32,000 bases of DNA from an uncultured Clostridium sp. (GTDB lineage: Bacteria; Bacillota; Clostridia; TANB77; CAG-508). Of the stretch, positions 9,772-17,066 are shown piece by piece. Under the pieces are notes generated by a model. The model made no database searches and was not told the DNA's origin. It saw only the letters and a list, made by a program, of their open reading frames with translations. The position numbers and the translations under genes are program-made. The first letter of the stretch is position 1. Each line of letters starts with the position of its first letter. Location of the stretch: contig CAMMWP010000001.1 in assembly GCA_946500615.1 (NCBI GenBank), positions 152,561 through 184,560 on the forward strand. The letters run 5' to 3'.

Positions 9772-9800
9772 ATTATACTGAAAGTTTTTACTTTTGTCAA
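9772..9800 (-). promoter_or_regulatory. Consensus sigma-A promoter of AAA+/DUF4143 copy 1
   Basis: The minus strand reads TTGACA - 17 nt - TATAAT, both hexamers perfect, about 20 nt upstream of the RBS. Confidence 0.7.
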
Positions 9801-9855
9801 CAAAATCTTTCAGTGGTGTTGAAAGTTTTTTCTCTTTTTTATAAAATCTTTCAGT
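9777..9855. repeat. Tandem pair of inverted repeats (operator-like) overlapping the promoter
   Basis: actgaaagtttt (9777-9788) pairs with aaaatctttcagt (9802-9814). ttgaaagtttttt (9819-9831) pairs with aaaatctttcagt (9843-9855). The unit spacing is about 41-42 bp. Confidence 0.4.
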
Positions 9856-10114
9856 TTGTATTCTCTAAAACCATCTAATTTGTCAACTTTTTATCGACGA
9901 TTTATAGGCTTATGGACAATTTTAATAACGATTAAATTTCTGTATAGCTTTCTGTATAATTATGTATTTTAGGCGATTGCTTTTTTCTTTTTTTATATTC
10001 TTTTTTTATATGTCAAATATATTTTTAACATTTTCTCTGTCTATAACATTTCAAGGACGAAGAAAACATATTTTTTCTCCGTCCCAAAATCCTCAAAACT
10101 CTATCAAAGTTTTT

Positions 10115-11074
10115 TTAATTTAACATATCCTTTCTCTTAAGCCACCAAGTTACCCCTAGCGTCATAAGAACAGCAATTAATACCATCATAACAAATCCTA
10201 TTGGACTATCTTGAAATGGTAATTGAACATTCATTCCCCAAAAACTAGAAATCATCGTAGGAATCGCAAGTACAATCGTAATAGAAGTTAAAAACTTCAT
10301 GACACCATTTAAGTTATTAGAAATAATTGAAGCATACGCATCCATTGTACCATTCAAAATATTACTATAAATTTGTGCCATTTCTATTGCCTGTCTATTC
10401 TCAATAATTGCATCTTCTAAGATGTCTTCATCATCTTCATATAACTTTACGAATTTTCCTCTCATTGTTTTTTCCATGACAATTTCATTTGACTTTAACG
10501 ATGTTGTAAAATAGACTAAACCTTTTTCCAAACTTAATAATTTCAATAATTCCTTATTTTTCATAGAATTTTTTAATATATATTCTGCTATTTCTGTCTC
10601 TTTGTTTATCATTTTTAAGTAATTTAAAAAGTAAGAAGCATTTAAATAAAAAATTTGGAAAATAAATCTTGTTTTTTTGTATGTTTGAAAATTTTTTATT
10701 TTTCGTTTTTCAAAGTCTTCTATTACCTTATTTTTTCTTAATGAAACGGTTATGAAGAAATCATCTCTTACAACAATCATTCCTAATGGCATAGTGGTAT
10801 AAATATCATTATCTTCATTTTTTTCTATTACTGGAACATCTACAATGAATAAGATGGTATTATCATCTTCTTCCATATCAATTCTGGCTTTCTCTTCATA
10901 GTCTAATGCATCTCTTATAAAATCTTCTTGGATATTAATATTTTCACAGACTCTTTTTATTTCATTTTCGGAGGGATTTACTAAATTAATCCAACTGCCC
11001 TTCTTAAATTCTTTTATTTCTTCCAATTTATTTGTTTCTAAATTTGTATTATATATTTTTAGCAAATCTCTCAC
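10115..11074 (-). CDS. corA: CorA family magnesium/cobalt transporter
   Basis: A GMN motif (FWGMNVQLPF) lies between two C-terminal TM helices. The start is uncertain and may be GTG at 11074 or TTG at 11065. Confidence 0.85.
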   Translation of the reverse strand: MRDLLKIYNTNLETNKLEEIKEFKKGSWINLVNPSENEIKRVCENINIQEDFIRDALDYEEKARIDMEEDDNTILFIVDVPVIEKNEDNDIYTTMPLGMIVVRDDFFITVSLRKNKVIEDFEKRKIKNFQTYKKTRFIFQIFYLNASYFLNYLKMINKETEIAEYILKNSMKNKELLKLLSLEKGLVYFTTSLKSNEIVMEKTMRGKFVKLYEDDEDILEDAIIENRQAIEMAQIYSNILNGTMDAYASIISNNLNGVMKFLTSITIVLAIPTMISSFWGMNVQLPFQDSPIGFVMMVLIAVLMTLGVTWWLKRKDMLN

Positions 11075-11106
11075 CCCTTTAAAATTTACATAATTTGCAT
11101 TTCAAA

Positions 11107-11147
11107 ACAAAAAAATAAATCTAATGTTCCAGTATTGTTTAGATTTA
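11107..11147 (-). terminator. Terminator after tRNA-Lys(CUU)
   Basis: The stem taaatctaa / ttagattta is followed by a T run on the minus strand. Confidence 0.55.
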
Positions 11148-11161
11148 CTTCTGTTTTGTAG

Positions 11162-11237
11162 TGGTGCGCCATAGAGGATTCGAACCTCCGACCATCAGAT
11201 TAAGAGTCTGCTGCTCTACCAACTGAGCTAATGGCGC
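11162..11237 (-). tRNA. tRNA-Lys (anticodon CUU), CCA encoded
   Basis: I folded the cloverleaf by hand. It has acceptor GCGCCAT/ATGGCGC, D arm GCTC..GAGC, anticodon loop CTCTTAA, and T arm GGAGG-TTCGAAT-CCTCT. Confidence 0.9.
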
Positions 11238-11261
11238 ATATACACATATTGGACATTTATT

Positions 11262-11289
11262 ATTATACTACATTTTTTCTTTTTGTCAA
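11262..11289 (-). promoter_or_regulatory. Promoter of tRNA-Lys(CUU)
   Basis: The minus strand reads TTGACA - 16 nt - TATAAT, about 25 nt upstream of the tRNA 5' end. Confidence 0.55.
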
Positions 11290-11325
11290 TACACCTATTA
11301 CCGTATGGTTAAAACTTTTTTGTTC

Positions 11326-11565
11326 TTGAGGTTACTACTCAGAACTTCCAATCTGAGAGTATTTATATGTCATATTTTTAAGGTTCTCGGCTACCCTCCA
11401 ATTGCCGTTTAAGAAATTCTAATATCTAAATCGTAACAATACCCGGAAACAGGACCCTTTACGACTTATATATAAGAATTTCTAAAACGATTCCAGTCGC
11501 ATTCGAACCTTAAAAATATGACATATAAATACTCTCAGATTGGAAGTTCTGAGTAGTAACCTCAA
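11326..11565. repeat. 240-nt palindromic element with perfect 61-nt inverted-repeat arms
   Basis: 11326-11386 is the exact reverse complement of 11505-11565, checked base by base. The 118-nt interior is only partly self-complementary. Confidence 0.9.
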
Positions 11566-11577
11566 ATCAAAAATCTT

Positions 11578-13674
11578 CTATTCTTGTTGCTCTGTACTTG
11601 GCGTATTCTCTGTTTGATTTTCTTGTACATTATCTTGATTTGTTTGTGTTGTCTCTGGAGCTGTTTGTGTCGGTGCCACTGGTGTATTCGTTGTACTTGA
11701 AGAATCTTGCTTAGATGTAGTTGATGCTTTTCCCCTATATACAATCTTTTGCATTGCACTATAGGTATCCTTAGAAAGTAATTGTGTGGATACCACTTTT
11801 CCATTTAACATTTTTGTCATATATGTTTTTGTTACCAAACCATTTGCACCTTTTTGCTTAACAACCTCTTTGCCAGAAGCCAAACTAGCATCTTCTACAT
11901 ATTTGGTTGTATATGGTATTGTTGAAACAGTTTCTGTACTAAATTTATAAGTATATTCTCTATCAGCTTCTTTTATTCCATATATAGAAACTGTAGCAAT
12001 ACCATTTTTGGCTGATGCTAAAATTTTGATAGGATATGTTCTTGTATTTTTAAATTTAAAGTCTGTTGCTCCATATACAACTGTTGCATCTCTTCCTGCT
12101 TTGACATATGAAGTAACAAATTGATGGTTTCTTCTTTCTACAATTTCCATATCAGACATTAAAGCTGTATTATATAATGTTGAAGAAATTTGGCAAATGC
12201 CACCCCCTAAACCATCCACTACTTGGCCACTTTCATATATTTTTGCATTTTTATAACCAGCTGCTACCGTTCTTGGACCTAATGTTTCATTATATGAGAA
12301 TGTATCTCCTGGCATAATAACTTTTCCATTTAGTTTTTGACAAGCTAATACTAAATTGGTTGTTCTATCTTTATCACTGGCATCATATCTAGTTGTAAAT
12401 GTCGATAATTGGTCCGGAAATGCTTCTGTTCCTATTTGATCAATCGTTACTTTTGGTTTTGTAATAATTAATTCAATTGTATATTCATCTTTTACTTCAG
12501 CCATAATCATTTCTTTTGCCTTTTCTACATCAAAATCAATTCCTTCTACTTCTGGATAAATGGTAAATGGATCTTTTGTATAATAGGCATCTTTGGCTTC
12601 TTTATACACCTCACTATGTATTTTATCAATATCGATGTCTTGCGGTGTTTTCGTTTCAGTTGGAATTTCTATACTGGTTTCTGATAACGGAATATCTTGT
12701 AACATATCTTTTACTTGTGCTAATAATTCCTCTGTCTTTACAACAATACCCTCTTTTCCTCTTGTAATAATTAATTGATTGTCTTCAACATTGTAACTAG
12801 GTTCTATCAAAATTCCCGGCAAATTTGCTCCAATATCCTCTATGGTTTTCTTTGTTACTTCTTCATTTAAAGACATATCAACAGATATTTCTCTTTTACC
12901 AATTAATGTTCCTAAAATATGATAGTTATTGATAAAAATATTTTGATTTCTACCTAAAGCATATGCTTCATTGACTGCTTTTTCAATATCATATGATACT
13001 TCCATAAGTGTTGGATTTAATTCTGATTCAAATTCTCCATATTTTAGCTCAATATTTTTTTCCTTTTTTTCTGTATATATTGTCTCCAATTTTGCTTTTG
13101 CCTCTTCTTTTGTTAGTCCTGAAACTTCTATCCCTTCAATGGTAATTCCACTTATAATTTTCTCATTATTTATATTGGTTAAAGCAAACACTGTAGAAAA
13201 TAATAAGACAATGATAGCAACAATCACAACTGAAATAACGATTTTTTTAATATTTCTTTTTTTTGTTTTTCCTTGTTTTACTGCTTCTGTTTTTTCTTTT
13301 TGTTTCTTTTTTTCTTTTGGTTCTTGTTTCTTATCATCTTGTTTCATGGTACTTTTGTTATTTTTGATTAACTGTTCTTCTTCACTTCTTTGGTTTATTT
13401 CATCTGCATGATTTGTTTCTTGTTCCTCTTCTTTTTTGGTCTCTTTCTCAGCCTTATCTTTTTTTTCTTTTTTGTCCTCTTTATCAGCCTTATCTTTTTT
13501 TTCTTTTTTGTCCTCTTTATCAGCCTTATCTTTTTCTTCTTTATTCTTTTGCATATATTTGCTTTCTTCCGATTCGTTTTCTTTTTGTTGCATTTCTTTT
13601 GACAAGTTTTCTTTCTCTTCTTGTATTTTTTCTTTTGGATCCATTTCTGTTTCCTCCATTAACTCTTCTTTCAT
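11578..13674 (-). CDS. VanW-family cell-wall associated protein with a K/E-rich N-terminus and a TM anchor
   Basis: The VanW core reads GGGICQISSTLYNTALM. There is a TM segment VISVVIVAIIVLLFSTVFAL and a low-complexity S/T/Q tail. The RBS is aaagggga. Confidence 0.85.
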   Translation of the reverse strand: MKEELMEETEMDPKEKIQEEKENLSKEMQQKENESEESKYMQKNKEEKDKADKEDKKEKKDKADKEDKKEKKDKAEKETKKEEEQETNHADEINQRSEEEQLIKNNKSTMKQDDKKQEPKEKKKQKEKTEAVKQGKTKKRNIKKIVISVVIVAIIVLLFSTVFALTNINNEKIISGITIEGIEVSGLTKEEAKAKLETIYTEKKEKNIELKYGEFESELNPTLMEVSYDIEKAVNEAYALGRNQNIFINNYHILGTLIGKREISVDMSLNEEVTKKTIEDIGANLPGILIEPSYNVEDNQLIITRGKEGIVVKTEELLAQVKDMLQDIPLSETSIEIPTETKTPQDIDIDKIHSEVYKEAKDAYYTKDPFTIYPEVEGIDFDVEKAKEMIMAEVKDEYTIELIITKPKVTIDQIGTEAFPDQLSTFTTRYDASDKDRTTNLVLACQKLNGKVIMPGDTFSYNETLGPRTVAAGYKNAKIYESGQVVDGLGGGICQISSTLYNTALMSDMEIVERRNHQFVTSYVKAGRDATVVYGATDFKFKNTRTYPIKILASAKNGIATVSIYGIKEADREYTYKFSTETVSTIPYTTKYVEDASLASGKEVVKQKGANGLVTKTYMTKMLNGKVVSTQLLSKDTYSAMQKIVYRGKASTTSKQDSSSTTNTPVAPTQTAPETTQTNQDNVQENQTENTPSTEQQE
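13449..13535. repeat. 36-nt tandem repeat (2 perfect copies plus a partial third) inside the VanW-like gene
   Basis: cagccttatcttttttttcttttttgtcctctttat occurs at 13449-13484 and again at 13485-13520, followed by a diverged partial copy. It encodes KEKKDKADKEDK units. Confidence 0.85.
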
Positions 13675-13873
13675 ATACTTTTTCCCCTTTATATAGTCTA
13701 CTTAAATAGTATCATATTCTTGTTTTTTTGACAATATGATTTGTTGCTTTCCTTGACTTTATATCCATTATTATAGTGTATTCATCCTAGCTTTTCCACA
13801 TTCATAGATTTATTACAAAATAATTACAATTTGATGACATTTTTAATATTTTGTTTATTTTTAAAAAAAATAC

Positions 13874-13902
13874 TTGAACAATGTAAAATTTAATATTATA
13901 AT
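13874..13902 (+). promoter_or_regulatory. Sigma-A promoter of the CBM-like gene
   Basis: TTGAAC - 17 nt - TATAAT. It lies inside the track ORF's 5' extension, which supports the later start. Confidence 0.55.
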
Positions 13903-13939
13903 GTTTTTAGCAAAAGATAAACAAGGAGAGATTAAGAAA

Positions 13940-14416
13940 ATGGAGTTAACTAAAAATATATTTTTTAATACAGATAAATTAGTTGAAAATACAAAAGTTA
14001 AAATCTCATATACAGGGAAATTATTCCAAGATGCTTCTAATGAAGTATCTATTCATTATGGTTTTGGTGAAAATTGGGATAATATTCATGATGTTGTTAT
14101 GGAAAAAACAGATTTAGGTTTTCAAGCTGAAATCACTTTAGGTGAAGGAACTACTTTTAATTTCTGTTTTAAAGATGAGAATAACAATTGGGATAATAAC
14201 AATGGTCAAAATTATATATTTCATTTAGAAAAACTTCCAACAGAATTATTGGTTTTAGATGATGAACCTGTTTCTTTAGGTTCTCCAAAAAAATTAAGAA
14301 GAGCTTATCTATGGAGTAAAAAAATTCGTTTAGCTGTATATAAAATTATCACATATCTTCCAAAAATTATTTCTGGAAATTATAAGAAAAAAGTAACAAA
14401 TAATAATGAAGAATAA
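13940..14416 (+). CDS. Small protein with a starch-binding-type carbohydrate-binding-module-like domain (CBM25/CBM53-like) and no signal peptide
   Basis: It carries the motifs GENWDN and NNNWDNNNGQNYIF. I moved the start to the ATG at 13940, 8 nt after aaggagag. Confidence 0.55.
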   Translation: MELTKNIFFNTDKLVENTKVKISYTGKLFQDASNEVSIHYGFGENWDNIHDVVMEKTDLGFQAEITLGEGTTFNFCFKDENNNWDNNNGQNYIFHLEKLPTELLVLDDEPVSLGSPKKLRRAYLWSKKIRLAVYKIITYLPKIISGNYKKKVTNNNEE

Positions 14417-14443
14417 GAGACTTTAGCTTGAAGTCTCTTTTTT
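14415..14443. terminator. Bidirectional terminator between convergent genes
   Basis: The stem aagagact / agtctctt is followed by a T run that overlaps the SDR stop codon. Confidence 0.7.
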
Positions 14444-15173
14444 AGGTAATTACCCAACCTCCATTTATAGAAATAACTTGTCCAGTTGTAAAAGTATCAT
14501 CTATTAACCATTCAACACATTTGGCAATATCTATTCCTTCTCCTATTCTTTCTAATGGCGTTTCTTGTTTTATCTCTTCCAATTCTTCTTCTGTGAAATT
14601 GGCATTCATATCTGTATTCATAAATCCCGGTGCTATTGAATTTACTCTTATATTTGAAGGACCTACTTCTTTTGCTAAAGCCTTTGTCATTCCATCTATT
14701 CCTGCTTTTGTAGCAGAATATGCTACTGCACAAGCACCTCCATTAATACCATAAATAGAAGAAATATTAATAATACATCCCTCTTTTCGATTGATCATAT
14801 AATTTATGACTTCTTGTGTGGTACAAAATACAGAATATAAATTCACTTTTATTACTTCATTCCAATCTTCATCTGTAATATCTTGAAATAGTTTTTCTTG
14901 GCTAATTCCTGCATTATTAATTAATATATCAATTTTTCCATATTTTTTTATGGTATCCTCAACCATTTTTTTTACTTCTTCTCTTTTTGACACATCTGCT
15001 TTAAAAATATCTATAAAGATATTTTCCTTTTCTAACTCTGCTTTTAATTTTTTTGCTTTTTCTTCTGATTGATGATAATTTGCAACCACTTTAATCCCTT
15101 TTCTAGCTAATACTTCTACGATTGCTTTCCCAATTCCTCTTGCCCCTCCTGTAATAATCGCTACTTTTTCCAT
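14442..15173 (-). CDS. Short-chain dehydrogenase/reductase, FabG-like 3-oxoacyl-ACP reductase
   Basis: It has TGGARGIGKA, NNAG and the catalytic YSATKAG. It is not in a fatty-acid gene cluster, so the exact substrate is open. Confidence 0.85.
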   Translation of the reverse strand: MEKVAIITGGARGIGKAIVEVLARKGIKVVANYHQSEEKAKKLKAELEKENIFIDIFKADVSKREEVKKMVEDTIKKYGKIDILINNAGISQEKLFQDITDEDWNEVIKVNLYSVFCTTQEVINYMINRKEGCIINISSIYGINGGACAVAYSATKAGIDGMTKALAKEVGPSNIRVNSIAPGFMNTDMNANFTEEELEEIKQETPLERIGEGIDIAKCVEWLIDDTFTTGQVISINGGWVIT

Positions 15174-15446
15174 ACTTTATCTCATTCCTTTCTAAGGCAC
15201 AAATCTGGTTGGAAAAGAATTAAATTTTTTCAACCTTGCACTCTTTTATCATTTCTTCTATCATATCAAATTTCACTTGACATGACAAGCATTTATCAAA
15301 TGGTTACTAGTACAAAAATATAATATGAATTTTTTTATTTTGTTGATAACATTTGGAAACTTTTTCAAAAAAAATTGAAACTTAAAGTTATAATATATAG
15401 ATAAATTTTTGCATTTATGGTATATTCGTACAAGGGAGATGGTAAA

Positions 15447-17024
15447 ATGAAAAACAAAAAAGAATTGTTATTAATCGTATTTTTTATCCTACTACAAACA
15501 ATCATATATATATTTGTCGGAAGCCACAAAGCTTATCTACATATAGATGAAGCTTATTCTTTTGGCCTAACAAATTATGATAAAATAGATATTGAATCCA
15601 ATCAAGATTTTTTTAATACTTGGCATTCTAAAGAATATTATGAAGATTATTTAGCTGTGCAAGAAAAAGACAAAGGAAACTATATTCCTGTATATGAAAA
15701 TCAGAAAAATGATGTACATCCTCCACTTTACTATTTATTGCTTAGGATGTGCATGGAATTCACGAATGGACATGTATCCATCTGGCCGGGAATTATTTTA
15801 AATATTATCCTATATGCTTTTATTACCGTTTTCATGTATTTCATTTTAAAAAAATTATTTCATGACACAAATTCCTTAAATATGAAAGCACTTGTCTTAG
15901 CTTTTATGTCATCTATCATATTAGCTTCTTTAAGCAATGTCATCAATATTAGGATGTATGCTCTTTCAACACTAAATATCTTGATAACGACTTTTTTACA
16001 TATCAAATTGCTAGAAAATGAAAAAATACATGTTAAACTATTGATTATGATTGGTGCTTCTGTACTTTTAGGCATTTTAACACATTATTATTATTTATTT
16101 TATATCGCTATTTTATATGTGGTATTTTTAATAAAATATCTAAAAGAAAAACAAGTAAAATCATTACTATATTACAGCTTAACCATGATCATTGCAGGAA
16201 TCTTGTCCTTAATCATATTCCCTTATTCTATTTCACACATGTTTTTTGGTTATAGAGGACAAGGTGTCATGAGCAATTTAACAAATATTCATGAAATTAT
16301 TCCAAGTATGTTTTCACAAATATACACATTAAATTATTATAGTTTTAATGGATTATTACCTGTGATTCTACTTATCATTGCTATTTTGTTGGTTATTAAT
16401 AAAATACGAAAAAAATATTTTTTAAAACTAACGATGAAAGAAAAACAAATTTTGAAAATACTATGTATCCCTACTATCTTCTTCTTTGTCATAACTTCGA
16501 TTGTTTCTCCTTGGAAAGTCTTACGATATATTGTTCCTGTTTGTGGCTTATTGTTTGTATTAGCAATTTATTGTATATATGTATTACTGAAAAATGGATT
16601 TACTGAAAAAATAGCAAATATCTGTGTAGCTATCCTATTGTGCATCATTTTAGTTGCACCTATTCCTTTACATTTGAAGCCAGAACTTTTATATAATGAT
16701 CGTAAAGAAATTGTGCAACACATAAATGGAGAATTAAATTTACCAACAATGTATGTATTTAATTCACAAACTGGCGGATTTTTAGATGATATATTTATAT
16801 TTTCTAAAATAAATGATTCTTTTATTGCAAAGGATATGGATTGTACATCTTCTACTATACAAACAATATTTGAAAATAAAGATATTTCTAAAGGTATTCT
16901 TGTTTTTATAAATGATGGTCAAAATAATGACACTATCATTGATACTGTCAAAAGTTCTTTGCATTTCACAAATTGTGATCATTTACAAAAGTTGAGTTGT
17001 TGTCAAGTATATCATATCTATTAA
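15447..17024 (+). CDS. Polytopic GT-C fold glycosyltransferase (PMT_2 / ArnT-like, GT39/GT83 type)
   Basis: It has more than 10 hydrophobic segments and a DE motif in the first loop (YLHIDEAYSFG). I moved the start to the ATG at 15447, behind gggagatgg. Confidence 0.65.
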   Translation: MKNKKELLLIVFFILLQTIIYIFVGSHKAYLHIDEAYSFGLTNYDKIDIESNQDFFNTWHSKEYYEDYLAVQEKDKGNYIPVYENQKNDVHPPLYYLLLRMCMEFTNGHVSIWPGIILNIILYAFITVFMYFILKKLFHDTNSLNMKALVLAFMSSIILASLSNVINIRMYALSTLNILITTFLHIKLLENEKIHVKLLIMIGASVLLGILTHYYYLFYIAILYVVFLIKYLKEKQVKSLLYYSLTMIIAGILSLIIFPYSISHMFFGYRGQGVMSNLTNIHEIIPSMFSQIYTLNYYSFNGLLPVILLIIAILLVINKIRKKYFLKLTMKEKQILKILCIPTIFFFVITSIVSPWKVLRYIVPVCGLLFVLAIYCIYVLLKNGFTEKIANICVAILLCIILVAPIPLHLKPELLYNDRKEIVQHINGELNLPTMYVFNSQTGGFLDDIFIFSKINDSFIAKDMDCTSSTIQTIFENKDISKGILVFINDGQNNDTIIDTVKSSLHFTNCDHLQKLSCCQVYHIY

Positions 17025-17066
17025 AAAATAATAACATGCTACTATTTCAAGCATGTTATTATTTTT
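17024..17066. terminator. Bidirectional terminator (16-bp stem) between convergent genes
   Basis: aaaaataataacatgc (17024-17039) pairs with gcatgttattattttt (17051-17066). Confidence 0.75.

Noticed and set aside
10055-10085. 12-bp hairpin ggacgaagaaaa/ttttctccgtcc downstream of corA as a regulatory element
   Set aside because: It is most simply the corA terminator, although its T run is weak. Nothing else distinguishes it.
11487-11510. tRNA-like T-arm word (ggttcgaat on the minus strand) inside the 240-nt palindrome
   Set aside because: The flanking bases cannot form a T stem, and no acceptor or anticodon arm can be built. I judge it a chance match.
11562-11804. 80-aa minus-strand ORF overlapping the 3' end of the VanW-like gene
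   Set aside because: It is an alternative frame of the low-complexity Q/T/N tail, and its stop lies inside the arm of the 61-nt inverted repeat. It has no RBS.
12567-13709. Plus-strand F/L/S-rich ORFs (61-146 aa) opposite the VanW-like gene
   Set aside because: They are generated by the T-rich complement of the K/E-rich coding repeats. They have no start signals and overlap one another in three frames.
13874-15446. 5' extensions of track ORFs (13874-13939 and 15417-15446; likewise 4018-4077, 4619-4681, 6275-6307, 20253-20279 and 30229-30237)
   Set aside because: Each extension begins at a codon without an SD, whereas an internal ATG has a well-spaced SD. At 13874 the supposed TTG start is in fact the -35 hexamer of the gene's promoter.
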